The translations under genes and the position numbers were made by a program. From the NCBI GenBank assembly GCA_002269645.1, contig NIVC01000350.1, forward strand, positions 372,001-436,000: a stretch of DNA of 64,000 nucleotides, given 5' to 3'. Of the stretch, positions 52,766 through 64,000 are shown piece after piece (the stretch's first letter is position 1; each line of letters starts with the position of its first letter). The stretch is from Macrostomum lignano. Taxonomy: Eukaryota. The notes under the pieces are model-generated. The model was not told the DNA's origin. It ran no database searches and worked only from the letters and a program-made list of their open reading frames with translations.

Positions 52766-53239
52766 TCATGTGTATTCACGAGTCTGTTATTTATCATTTG
52801 AAGAACTGCGAAATTTCAAGATTTTAGAGTAAGTAAACAGCAGCAATTTATAACCTGTAATTGTGGAAATGTCTGCCGGCAATTAGCAGCTGTCAGTTTT
52901 CAGTTAAATTTATCAAACAGGCTGGCTGCACCAAATTTTTCTGCCATCGTCGCGGTTCAGCCTCCCTATGGGAAATCTGATGAAGAATGACGGATTGAGA
53001 AAGGCGGCAAAGTGTCTCCCGGACCCCCTTCTTTCGCAGAAAAACCGGGAAGCAACTGCGTGCAGAAAATTGGCGTGCACTTTTAGCCCAAGCCTCAACT
53101 GTCGACGGTCGCTCACAACTTTCACGCGCTTCAAAGAGTTGGCGCCTCTGCCACTCTTAGGGGACAACTCATGCAGATTATAATAACTGCTGCTGCTGCT
53201 GCCCCTCTATCTGGCTTTTCTGGAGACTTCCTGTGCACA

Positions 53240-53565
53240 GGGAACTGATGCCTACATCATGAATGCAGGAATAGAATAGAAGATTTAGTATATTTAGATT
53301 GCTAATCTTGCCTACATCAAGGATGAAGGAATGGAATGGATTGCTAATCTTGCCTACATCAAGGATGAAGGAATGGAATGGATTGCTAATCTAGCCTACA
53401 TCATGGATGTATAAAAAGAATGGATTGCTAATCTAGCCTACATCATGGATGAAGGAATAGAAGGGATTGCTAATCTAGCCTACATCATGGATGTATAAAT
53501 AGAATGGATTGCTAATCTAGCCTACATCATGGATAAAGGAATAGAAGGGATTACTAATCTAGCCA
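53240..53565 (+). repeat. Satellite family A
   Basis: GGATTGCTAATCTAGCCTACATCATGGATGAAGGAATAGAA units. Confidence 0.9.
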
Positions 53566-54464
53566 GCATTGAAAAAATAAGGATAAGAAAAAGAAGTGAC
53601 CCAATCACTGCAATAGTTCATTGAGAAGAGTTAATAAAAAATATGATGCTATTGATCCATTCTCGAGATGAATACGGCTGCATCCGTGACGCAGGACGCT
53701 GCATTCAGTTAGAAAAGAGCTCTCATTATTGCATAGAGACCGCACGTAAAATCTCACCTTTGACTTGCTTTGTTGAATTTCGCAACGGTGGAAGAGTGGA
53801 TTTGCTTTTTTCCTTTGAGTTTTTATTTATGTATTAGTAGTAGGACTGGTTGCGATGGAATGCTTTAGTCGGGTAACTGTGGCTTAAGCTGCCGTGGGGA
53901 GCTCAGCGGCAGTACAGAAGAATGGGTGGGTGAAGGCAGGAGTAGAGGCCCAGAGCGGCAGGGCGCGCGGTCGTTATAAACTGCTACAGTGGGTAGGTCG
54001 CCAGGGGAGCTGTGGGGAGGGGAATCGGGCGAGGCCTCCCCCTCCCCGATGCCCCATTGGGGGATTGATTTGGGATAGCTGTAGCTAGTGGGGGAGAATG
54101 GGAGGGGGAGACAGCGTAGCAGGGGTGCAAAGCGGAGCGCGCAGCTTCAGACTGGCTGTATGGTTTTCATTCTGCGGCAGATGGAAGGCCTGAGCGGCCT
54201 GGGGGGGGGACTTGCGCGGAACCAGGCCCAGAACATAAAATCCCCAACCCCTCCTGTTTCCCTTTCCGTCTGTTCCCGCTAACTAGCTGTCCTATGCTAC
54301 GCGACGCCACTTCCTGGCGTTCCCACCTATGGGATAATTAATTGTAGTCTTGGTATGATAGTAAGCACATACAATATTTGCGGTTGCCTAATAATATAGA
54401 ATTTTTATTATACTGTACTATTGATAAATTGTACAACACACAGTGTGTAAACAGTGAGTGGCTG

Positions 54465-55005
54465 TACTCGTGTTAGACTATAGCTGTACTCATCTGTTAG
54501 ACTATAGCTGTACTCGTCTGTTAGACTGTAGCTGTACTCATCTGTTAGACTATAGCTGTACTCGTGTTAGACTATAGCTGTACTCGTGTTAGACTATAGC
54601 TGTACTCGTGTTAGACTATAGCTGTACTCGTGTTAGACTATAGCTGTACTCGTGTTAGACTATAGCTGTACTCGTCTGTTAGACTGTAGCTGTACTCATC
54701 TGTTAGACTATAGCTGTACTCATCTGTTAGACTATAGCTGTACTCATCTGTTAGACTATAGCTGTACTCATCTGTTAGACTGTAGCTGTACTCATCTGTT
54801 AGACTATAGCTGTACTCATCTGTTAGACTATAGCTGTACTCATCTGTTAGACTATAGCTGTACTCATCTGTTAGACTGTAGCTGTACTCATCTGTTAGAC
54901 TATAGCTGTACTCATCTGTTAGACTGTAGCTGTACTCATCTGTTAGACTATAGCTGTACTCATCTGCTAGACTATAGCTGTACTCATCTGTTAGACTATA
55001 GTTGT
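54465..55005. repeat. 24/21-bp minisatellite
   Basis: GTTAGACTATAGCTGTACTCATCT in tandem. Confidence 0.93.
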
Positions 55006-55446
55006 GTGTTTAATAAAAACTCCAGAATTTCTGGGCAATGAATATTGGGTAACTTGTATAGTTGGTGACATTTTGTGTGCCTTTATTTTAGTCATAAAAT
55101 AACAGCTTTAGTGGCATGTCATTCTGTATTTCGTGACGGCCTAGTTGCATTTTCAGTGCTATAATATATATCAAATGTGCCTTTGATATTCAGATAAAGA
55201 AAATAACTATACTACTCATAGTGGTATGCGCTAAAAAAGCTTTAAAAACGAATCTTATCGCCACACTCGATCCCAGTAATTACGCTTCATTGCCAAGTGC
55301 ACTTTCTATGTTAAACTTGCTGCAAAAAGACCAGCTCCTTTGCAATTTGACCTAAACTTCTTCTTTTATTGTACCAGAGTTATCCAGAGCTAATGATATT
55401 CACTCTGGTTTTGCACGGGGTGCAGCGGTGTGCAAGTCTCAAATTC

Positions 55447-58400
55447 TCAATAGCAGACAAGATCCAGCGGTTGCTTCTTTAAAATTCGACTCCAAAACAG
55501 CTCGAGGATAAGAATGATGATGCCAGTCAGGTAGAAGCAGGCCAGCAAAATAATGGCACCTCCCGTGCCCTCCAGGTTGATTGAGTCGGCTTCGCTAGGG
55601 GTCAGGCTGTTAACGCAGTCGCTGTTGCCATAGTATTTGTTGAAGATGCCCTGCACAACGCCGCTCTGCTTCAGCTTCTGCAGACTGTAATTTTGGCCGG
55701 GTTTTAGGGTTCATTTCGATACGGTTCTCACGTGCAACACAATGTCTACCTGTAGCTCTCATGTGGGACACAATGTCTACCTGTAGCTCTCATGTGGAAC
55801 ACAATGTCTACCTGTAGCTCTCATGTGGAACACAATGTCTACCTGTAGCTCTCATGTGGAACACAATGTCTACCTGTAGCTCTCATGTGGGACACAATGT
55901 CTACCTGTAACTCTCATTTGGTAGACATTGTGTCTACCAAACACACTATTTGTTTGGTAGACACAATGATCATTTGGGACACACTATTTGTTTGGTAGAC
56001 ACAATGATCATTTGGGACACACTATTTACATATTTAGTCACCAGCTTCAATCCCAAATTTCAATCAAAATAAGCCAGTCAGAGCCTCACTGGTAGTTAAA
56101 CAGCTCTCCATAATAGGCATCGTACGGCAACACAAAGCCATTGTAGGCCGTATTGAAGGTGTCCTGAGCCAGGTAAACCTGCGAGCAGTTCTTATTGGCA
56201 ATGTTAAGCAGGAATGCGTAGTCCGAGATGCAGGCAACCTTGTCCGCGAACACCTTTTTGGGGATTTTAAAGCATGGAGGTTGACTCAATTAAAAAAATA
56301 ATTTGATCTGCGATCTGGGATCTGCGATCTGGGATCTGCGATCTGGGATCTGCGATCTGGGATCTGCGATCTGGGATCTGCGATCTGGGATCTGCGATCT
56401 GGGATCTGCGATCTGGGATCTGCGATCTGGGATCTGCGATCTGGGATCTGCGATCTGGGATCTGCGATCTGGGATCTGCGATCTGGGATCTGCGATCTGG
56501 GATCTGCGATCTGGGATCTGCGATCTGGGATCTGCGATCTGGGATCTGCGATCTGGGATCTGCGATCTGGGATCTGCGATCTGGGATCTGCGATCTGGGA
56601 TCTGCGATCTGGGATCTGCGATCTGGGATCTGCGATCTGGGATCTGCGATCTGGGATCTGCGATCTGGGATCTGCGATCTGGGATCTGCGATCTGGGATC
56701 TGCGATCTGGGATCTGCGATCTGGGATCTGCGATCTGGGATCTGCGATCTGGGATCTGCGATCTGGGATCTGCGATCTGGGATCTGCGATCTGGGATCTG
56801 CGATCTGGGATCTGCGATCTGGGATCTGCGATCTGGGATCTGCGATCTGGGATCTGCGATCTGGGATCTGCGATCTGGGATCTGCGATCTGGGATCTGCG
56901 ATCTGGGATCTGCGATCTGGGATCTGCGATCTGGGATCTGCGATCTGGGATCTGCGATCTGGGATCTGCGATCTGGGATCTGCGATCTGGGATCTGCGAT
57001 CTGGGATCTGCGATCTGGGATCTGCGATCTGGGATCTGCGATCTGGGATCTGCGATCTGGGATCTGCGATCTGGGATCTGCGATCTGGGATCTGCGATCT
57101 GCGATCTGCGATCTGGGATAGCAAGTGTTGCCTGCTTTTTTCTAGTATAGGTACCATAAAAAAAATCTGAAAGGTCCATGGACTCACCGCGTCGCCACAC
57201 TCGACAATGCCGGGCACGGTTCGCATCTTCTTGGCCGCCAGCTTGTAGGTCGGAAAATCCGAGTCTCGAAACAGCAGCTCCCAGTTGGTGCCGGCCGGTA
57301 CAACGAATGGAACGGCAGACTGCGAGACCAGGTCCTCCAGGCTGTTGATGGTGACCGTCTCCACGGAGACTGTCAGAGCCGAGGTCAGGTCACCTGGGAG
57401 TAGATTGCACACTGGTATTTCGATCCAACCTTGAACGCCTGTGTGCACATGCAAGGTCCTGGCTCAGGGGTAAGACCAGCTGACGGAGAGTGTACATGTA
57501 GACTCAGAAGCTGGCCTCTCTGGCTCTCCGGTGTCAAGAATGCGGAGCACTTCATCTGTGACTGCCCCGCCTTTAACCTAGGACAGACTCACCCACCTCG
57601 GCCCAAACTCGAGAATCTCTCTGACGTTTTCATGCCCGAGAGTTTCTGCCAGCTCGTCCGCTACCTAAGGGCTACCAGGCAAGCGACCATCCACCTCCTG
57701 GACTCTCTGGAGGGGGACCGCGCTGCTGCAGACACCGGATCTCCCTGAACCACACCGCAGCACCAGCAGAATGGGGTGGTCGTCGACGCCTCCCCGCTGT
57801 ATCCGGATGCCCGGAACTCCCTACAGCTGAGTCAAGTACAAGCAAGTCATCTCAAGTACGATTGGGATCGCAGTCCCACACTCCATTCCTATAGTTAAAT
57901 GGGAATTGTTGCAATTGACTCGATTGAAGTGTTGCAATCCTAGAATTGAACTCAACTCTGGATTTCTTCCCAGCATGTGAGCTGCTTGTCACCTGCTTGC
58001 TATAGCTTGATTTTACATGGGGGACAAAAGCTACGTACGCAGGCACGCACTCACACAGGGTGTACACATGGCTTAATAAAAACCAGACATACGAGTTAGC
58101 GCTTACGCACCTGTGTAAGAAGCGTAGATTATAACAGTGAAGCACCACCAGAACACCATCGCGATGCGCGACGACATGCAGGTGGGATAAAAATCCTGTC
58201 CCTGCTGGAGGAAGCTGCCAATAGCGCTCCAGATGTACTCCTGCAGCCACACCTCGTCGGCAATGGCGTATTCTACGCCGAGGTTCCACATCGACAATGG
58301 GCTAAAGCAGGCAAATGCCCAGGTGGTGAGGGCCGATACGACTAGAGCCCCGAGGACTGTCAGCCACACCTGGAGCTGCAGCGGCCTGATCACGTTCCAT

Positions 58401-61400
58401 AGCTTTGGCGGCGGCTGGGGCCGGGGCAGCATGATGGCCGTCTTCTCTTCGTAGAGCGGCACCGAGTAGTCAGCCACTTCTTGACGCTTGCTGACTATGG
58501 CGAATGCATTGCCACCCATGTCCGAGATCTGGGTGAGGCGGGGAAAATGGGGATCTGAGAGGCTGCGCTGGTTGAGAGCAGGATGAAGATCTGGATGAGG
58601 CAATGAAAGGCTGGGCTGGTTGAGAGCAGGATGAAGATCTGGATGATGCATTGGGAGGCTGGGCTGTTTGAGAGCAGGATGATGATCTGGATGGGACACT
58701 CGGAGGCTGGGCTGGTTGAGAGTGGGATGAAGATTTGGGTGAGGCAATGAAAGGCTGGGCTGTTTGAGAGCAGGATGATGATCTGGATGGGACACTCGGA
58801 GGCTGGGCTGGTTGAGAGTGGGATGAAGATTTGGGTGAGGCTGAGCGAGTTTAACTGAGCATCTAACCCATGAAGAGCAGTCGTCAGCTCACCCCCTTCT
58901 GGACTTCGCCTACGCAGCCAGACATGTACGGACTGCCGGGAATCACTCCTCCCCACTGGCCATCCACCGGCAGCTTGTAGACGAATCTGAAAGTCAAGTT
59001 GAATTGGGAACAGACCTTCAAGTTTCTGAACAATCAACAACTGCAAGTAAACTTCCCAGCTTGCCTGAAATCCAGTTGAGCACCAAGGATATCGTAGATG
59101 TCCTTAGCAATGCCAACACCAACGTAGGTTAAATTTGGCCCAGTTGAGGCGATGTCAATGAATGGCGGAAACTGGAAAGCGTAAAAGTGTTCGTTAATGT
59201 TTCGATCGTAGTGACATGCAAATCTGCAATTAATTATGCAATGTTTACAAGTAAAATGACCAGGACCCCCGTGTCCTGGCTAAATGTACATCATTTTATT
59301 AGAGGCAGGAGGCTGTGTGCATCCTGGTGCACTTTAAGCGACATTGTCACACAACCGGCGAGAGACATTACTGCCATTCCGCCGACTCCCCTGAGCAGGC
59401 ACACAAGCGCGCGGATACGTACGCAGTCATACGCACAGGCCCACACTCACACAGAAGTGTACAGCGACGCTAAATTTTTTATCGTTAGTCATGTACACTT
59501 GACTGTGCCTTGGGGTTGGCCCTCAAATGCGTTAATTGCACGAGCAGAGCCAAGCCGACATTCCAATTTAGCACCAAATTTAGTATATGGACTAGCAATC
59601 AGCGCCCCCATTGGGGAGCCAACAAAGATAAAAATAAAAATTTCTGAAAAAGACTACATGTATACTCAGCAACATTGAAAAGTCGCCACCCTTTGCCCCA
59701 GTGAGCAGTGTCTTTCGACTTTTTTATGTTGTTGAGTATAGCTTCGGATCTCTCAGCCTTAACACCATCAGCCATCTCAACGATTCCCCCGTAACTCTTG
59801 ACATCTCAGCATTCCCCCGTAAGCCTTGACATCTCAGCAATTCCCCCGTAAGCCTTGACATCTCAGCAATTCCCCCGTAAGCCTTGACATCTCAGCAATT
59901 CACTCCAAGAGTCACAGCATTCTAGCAATTCCCGTGAGCCTTGACGTCTTAGCAATCCCCAATAAATCCACATGTCACAATTGTAGCAAGGATTGTTCGC
60001 GAACCGGCGGAGAGCAGAGAATCAGGGTGGCATTCTTGAACCCGATGAACTGGTTTGGGAATGCCAGGGTGCGATCCTTCTCTCGGTGGGTCAGAGCCAG
60101 AGAGTCTGTGTCCGGCAGGTAGCTGCCAGATATCAGCATTGTCAAAGGGTCGTTGAATCGCGCATTGAAGGTGCCGATCAGCTCAATGCCGTAGGCTGTG
60201 AAATGTCGGCTGTCGGGACTGTAGGAGATTAATCCCCGGCCAGTGGTGCGACTGCTCATCTGCGGGATGTCGGGTTGCGTGTAATTGGATGGTCGTAGTT
60301 TTTTGGTCAGAGTGAGTTTTAACAAAGAGTTTTGCTTAAGTTTTTTGGGTTCGTTTTTTCATCCATAGCCTTGCACGCCACCTTGGAACGTTTTCTTTAA
60401 GGCCCTTCGTGACAGTGCACTTATTTTTGGTTTTGTAGGTCAGTGCTTCTTAAATGTTTTTGTTTTGTGAGTCAGTGATAAAAAACACGACAATTTGGGT
60501 GCCATAATGTAGCTTCATCAATTCGTACATTGAGCAAACGCGGTTTCACGGCCTCCCCGGATGTCCAAGCCTGCAGTTTCGTTGGTAGACATGTGGCGTT
60601 GCTTGGCAACAGGCCGCCACTGGCCAGCTGGTCGCCGATGGCCAACACTAGCGACTCGGCTGCGTCCACAAAGCGAATATCGCTGACCTGATGTGCGGGT
60701 GGTATAGGACCGGTGTTCAGAGTAGGGGTGTAACAGAGTAGGGGTGTACAGAGCAGGGATGTACAGAGTAGGGATGTACAGAGTAGATGGTACAGAGTAA
60801 GGGTGTACAAAGTAAGGATTACAGAGTAAGGATGTACAGAGTAAGGATGTACAGAGTAAGGATGTACAGAGTAGGGATGTACAGAGTAGGGATGTACAGA
60901 GTAGGGATGTACAGAGTAGGGATGTACAGAGTAGAGCTGTACAGTTGCAATCCGCCCTCTCTCGTACCCTCAGCCAAGCTGCTTGACAGCCCGGCAGAAA
61001 GCTGGCCAGAGTTGTCGGACACCCGGCAGCTGTGGCCATCCCACCGCCGCGCAGCAGCAGGATGTTGCTGTTGTCCAGAGCGGCCTTCACCAGCTGCGCC
61101 TGAGTGTAGCCGGTGTCCACCAGCAGCCAGAGGTAGTTCTGCTGCAGCACTTGCGCCTCGGCAGCAGCTGCCAATAATGCCATTGCGGAGGCTGGCCGGG
61201 ACGCCACCACCAGTCGATAGACGCGACGCTTCACCAGCCGAGTCAGGTGTCCAGACAGCGAGCGGTCGGCCGAGTCAAATTGAAATGGCAGCGTGCTGAT
61301 GCCGCGGGAAGACAAATTCGACTGCAGCGACTGGAGCTGGGAGAGGTCTACATGTACAGATGTGGAAGAAGAAATATTTAGTTGCTTAGCTCATTGCTTA

Positions 61401-63975
61401 GCTCAATATTTAGCTCACTCTGGAGCTCAAAGAATGCGCTACCCTTCAGGTCTTTCAAGGCCGCTAACCTTCCGGTCTTTCAAGGCCGCTACCCTTCCGG
61501 TCTAAGGCATGGTTTAGGGTCGCTCTCCCGTGGATTATCAGGCGCAACACGGCTAGCTTACCTTGCGCGCTGTCGTAGATGATGGCCGCACTTGTTGCTT
61601 TGGTGTGCTGCAGTACAGCAATGGCAGCGGACCAACTGTCGTCCGGACGGTTCCAAGCCACAACGCCATCATTTTCTAGAGTTAAAATTATTGTTTTTTA
61701 GTCTCAATTAGGCCTAATATAACACCTGCGACAACCCAGTCTTTCTGGCGCCCCTCACTTACCGTTGGCAAGCGGGCTGCCACACAGACCGACTGGGACG
61801 CCAACGAACGGCAGTTGCATGGTGGCAGCCAGAGCGCTGGATTCGCGCACAAGCTGACACCCGCCCACAGCGATCAGCCCGGATAAGCTGTCGGGTGGGG
61901 AGGCCCCGCCGCAGACTGTTGGGATCCAAAGATGCAGAAGATTTTAAGATAAATATTTTTAGTATATGGGACACTCGTAGTTTGATATACGATTGCTAGA
62001 TATATACTAAAACGTTCTCACTGAAGCTAATGAGAGCCTGACATACTTCTTCAGTTTTAATCCTCCTGACTACTCCTGACTAAACCAAGCTACTCTCGAT
62101 CGAATGAGCCAATTGCATCTCCTGACTAAACCAAGCTACTCTCGATCGAATGAGCCAGACAACTCCTGACTAAACCAAGCTACTCTCGATCGAATGAGCC
62201 AGACAACTCCTGACTAAACCAAGCTATTCTCGATCGAACGAGCCAAACAACTGACTAAACCAAGCTACTCTCGATCGAATGAGCCAAACAACTCCTGACT
62301 AAACCAAGCTACTCTCGATCGAACGAGCCAAACAACTGACTAAACCAAGCTACTCTCGATCGAATGAGCCAAACAACTCCTGACTAAACCAAGCTACTCT
62401 CGATCGAATGAGCCAATTGCATCTCCTGACTAAACCAAGCTACTCTCGATCGAATGAGCCAGACAACTCCTGACTAAACCAAGCTACTCTCGATCGAATG
62501 AGCCAAACAACTCCTGACTAAACCAAGCTACTCTCGATCGAATGAGCCAATTGCATCTCCTGACTAAACCAAGCTACTCTCGATCGAATGAGCCAGACAA
62601 CTCCTGACTAAACCAAGCTACTCTCGATCGAATGAGCCAGACAACTCCTGACTAAACCAAGCTACTCTCGATCGAATGAGCCAGACAACTCCTGACTAAA
62701 CCAAGCTACTCTCGATCGAACGAGCCAAACAACTGACTAAACCAAGCTACTCTCGATCGAATGAGCCAAACAACTGACTAAACCAAGCTACTCTCGATCG
62801 AATGAGCCAAACAACTCCTGACTAAACCAAGCTACTCTCGATCGAATGAGCCAAACAACTCCTGACTAAACCAAGCTACTCTCGATCGAACGAGCCAAAC
62901 AACTGACTAAACCAAGCTACTCTCGATCGAATGAGCCAGACAACTCCTGACTAAACCAAGCTACTCTCGATCGAATGAGCCAAACAACTCCTGACTAAAC
63001 CAAGCTACTCTCGATCGAATGAGCCAATTGCATCTCCTGACTAAACCAAGCTACTCTCGATCGAATGAGCCAGACAACTCCTGACTAAACCAAGCTACTC
63101 TCGATCGAATGAGCCAGACAACTCCTGACTAAACCAAGCTACTCTCGATCGAATGAGCCAGACAACTCCTGACTAAACCAAGCTACTCTCGATCGAATGA
63201 GCCAAACAACTGACTAAACCAAGCTACTCTCGATCGAATGAGCCAAACAACTGACTAAACCAAGCTACTCTCGATCGAATGAGCCAAACAACTCCTGACT
63301 AAACCAAGCTACTCTCGATCGAATGAGCCAGACAACTCCTGACTAAACCAAGCTACTCTCGATCGAATGAGCCAGACAACTCCTGACTAAACCAAGCTAC
63401 TCTCGATCGAATGAGCCAAACAACTGACTAAACCAAGCTACTCTCGATCGAATGAGCCAAACAACTGACTAAACCAAGCTACTCTCGATCGAATGAGCCA
63501 AACAACTCCTGACTAAACCAAGCTACTCTCGATCGAATGAGCCAAACAACTCCTGACTAAACCAAGCTACTCTCGATCGAACGAGCCAAACAACTGACTA
63601 AACCAAGCTACTCTCGATCGAATGAGCCAAACAACTCCTTACTAAACCAAGCTACTCTCGATCGAATGAGCCAAACAACTCCTGACTAAACCAAGCTACC
63701 TGGTACTCTCGATCGAACGAGCCAAACAACTGACTAAACCAAGCTACTCTCGATCGAACGAGCCAAACAACTCCCGGAAAAGCACGCTTCTGACTGAACC
63801 AACCACAGGCTAACTCATGCCAATTAACTTCCGGCCTCAGCCAACCAGTCACTGCTACAGAAGCAACGCACTCTGCTGTACAGCCTGTATAGCAGAGCCG
63901 GCCGTCGGATCCACCACAAACTCCCGGTAGCGCACGGAGTGGCCGGGTAGCAAACGCCAATTGTAGTTCAGGTAG
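55447..63975 (-). CDS. Ionotropic glutamate-receptor-like / Ionotropic Receptor (IR) subunit with an amino-terminal domain; 5' end outside the window
   Basis: Exons (minus strand): ~63975-63870, ~61920-61762, ~61676-61562, ~61300-60968, 60687-60529, 60259-~60003, 59171-59065, 58986-58893, 58528-58111, 57393-57188, 56253-56090, 55684-55447. Motifs FPNQFIGF, FPPF, DGQWG, GCVGEVQKG, KRQEVADYSVPL, IRPLQLQVW (M1), GSFLQQG (M2), YASYTGDLTS (M3), INSLEDL, ISDY, LQKLKQSG, C-terminal M4. Confidence 0.88.
56305..57118. repeat. Homogeneous 14-bp minisatellite
   Basis: GATCTGCGATCTGG, ~57 copies with essentially no variants. Confidence 0.97.
57440..57855 (+). mobile_element. 3' fragment of a non-LTR retrotransposon, antisense within an IR intron
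   Basis: Frame ...CRL...KNAEHFICDCPAF...LVRYLRAT resembles the C-terminal CCHC knuckle of LINE ORF2; ends in a CAAGTA-like tail; a related 3' end occurs at ~13050-13110. Confidence 0.65.
59661..59740. mobile_element. ~80-bp Tc1/mariner-like hairpin MITE
   Basis: TA-TACTCAGCAACATTGAAAAGTCG ... CGACTTTTTTATGTTGTTGAGTA-TA; a decayed relative at ~21495-21575. Confidence 0.55.
62070..63775. repeat. 41-46-bp minisatellite, ~1.7 kb
   Basis: CTCCTGACTAAACCAAGCTACTCTCGATCGAATGAGCCAAACAA with a few recurring junction variants. Confidence 0.95.
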
Positions 63976-64000
63976 CGATTAAATGTGGCATCAATTAGGG

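Noticed and set aside
62070-63775. CRISPR-like appearance of a conserved ~36-bp block with variable junctions
   Set aside because: The junctions are only 3-10 bp and come from three or four recurring variants rather than unique spacers. There are no cas genes, and the array is in a eukaryotic intron.

Overview
Eukaryotic (animal) genomic DNA with GC-rich exons in AT-rich introns full of repeats. The style, together with a USP gene and a lophotrochozoan-type ionotropic receptor, suggests a free-living flatworm such as Macrostomum; this is an inference, not verified. Contents in order: (1) the 3' part of an SMCR8-like DENN-domain gene (+, 625-11267); (2) two tandem SLC6 sodium:neurotransmitter-symporter genes (+), the first lacking exons 3-7 and half of exon 8 yet spliceable in frame, the second complete with 11 exons; (3) a ~9.6-kb Helitron2/Helentron-type rolling-circle transposon (~25035-34658) with 11-bp subterminal inverted repeats, terminal hairpins, a 97-bp tandem array and a minus-strand repeat-OTU-Rep(HUH)-PIF1 helicase frame broken by three frameshifts; (4) an ankyrin-repeat gene with a C-terminal TM segment (+); (5) an intronless USP-domain gene (-); (6) an ATD-containing ionotropic glutamate-receptor-like gene (-) that runs off the window end. 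Between these lie about 20 different mini/microsatellites, several MITE families (some nested), LINE 3' ends and a SINE-like family. Most long ORFs in the supplied track are artefacts of tandem repeats. All homology calls come from motif recognition by eye; no searches were run.
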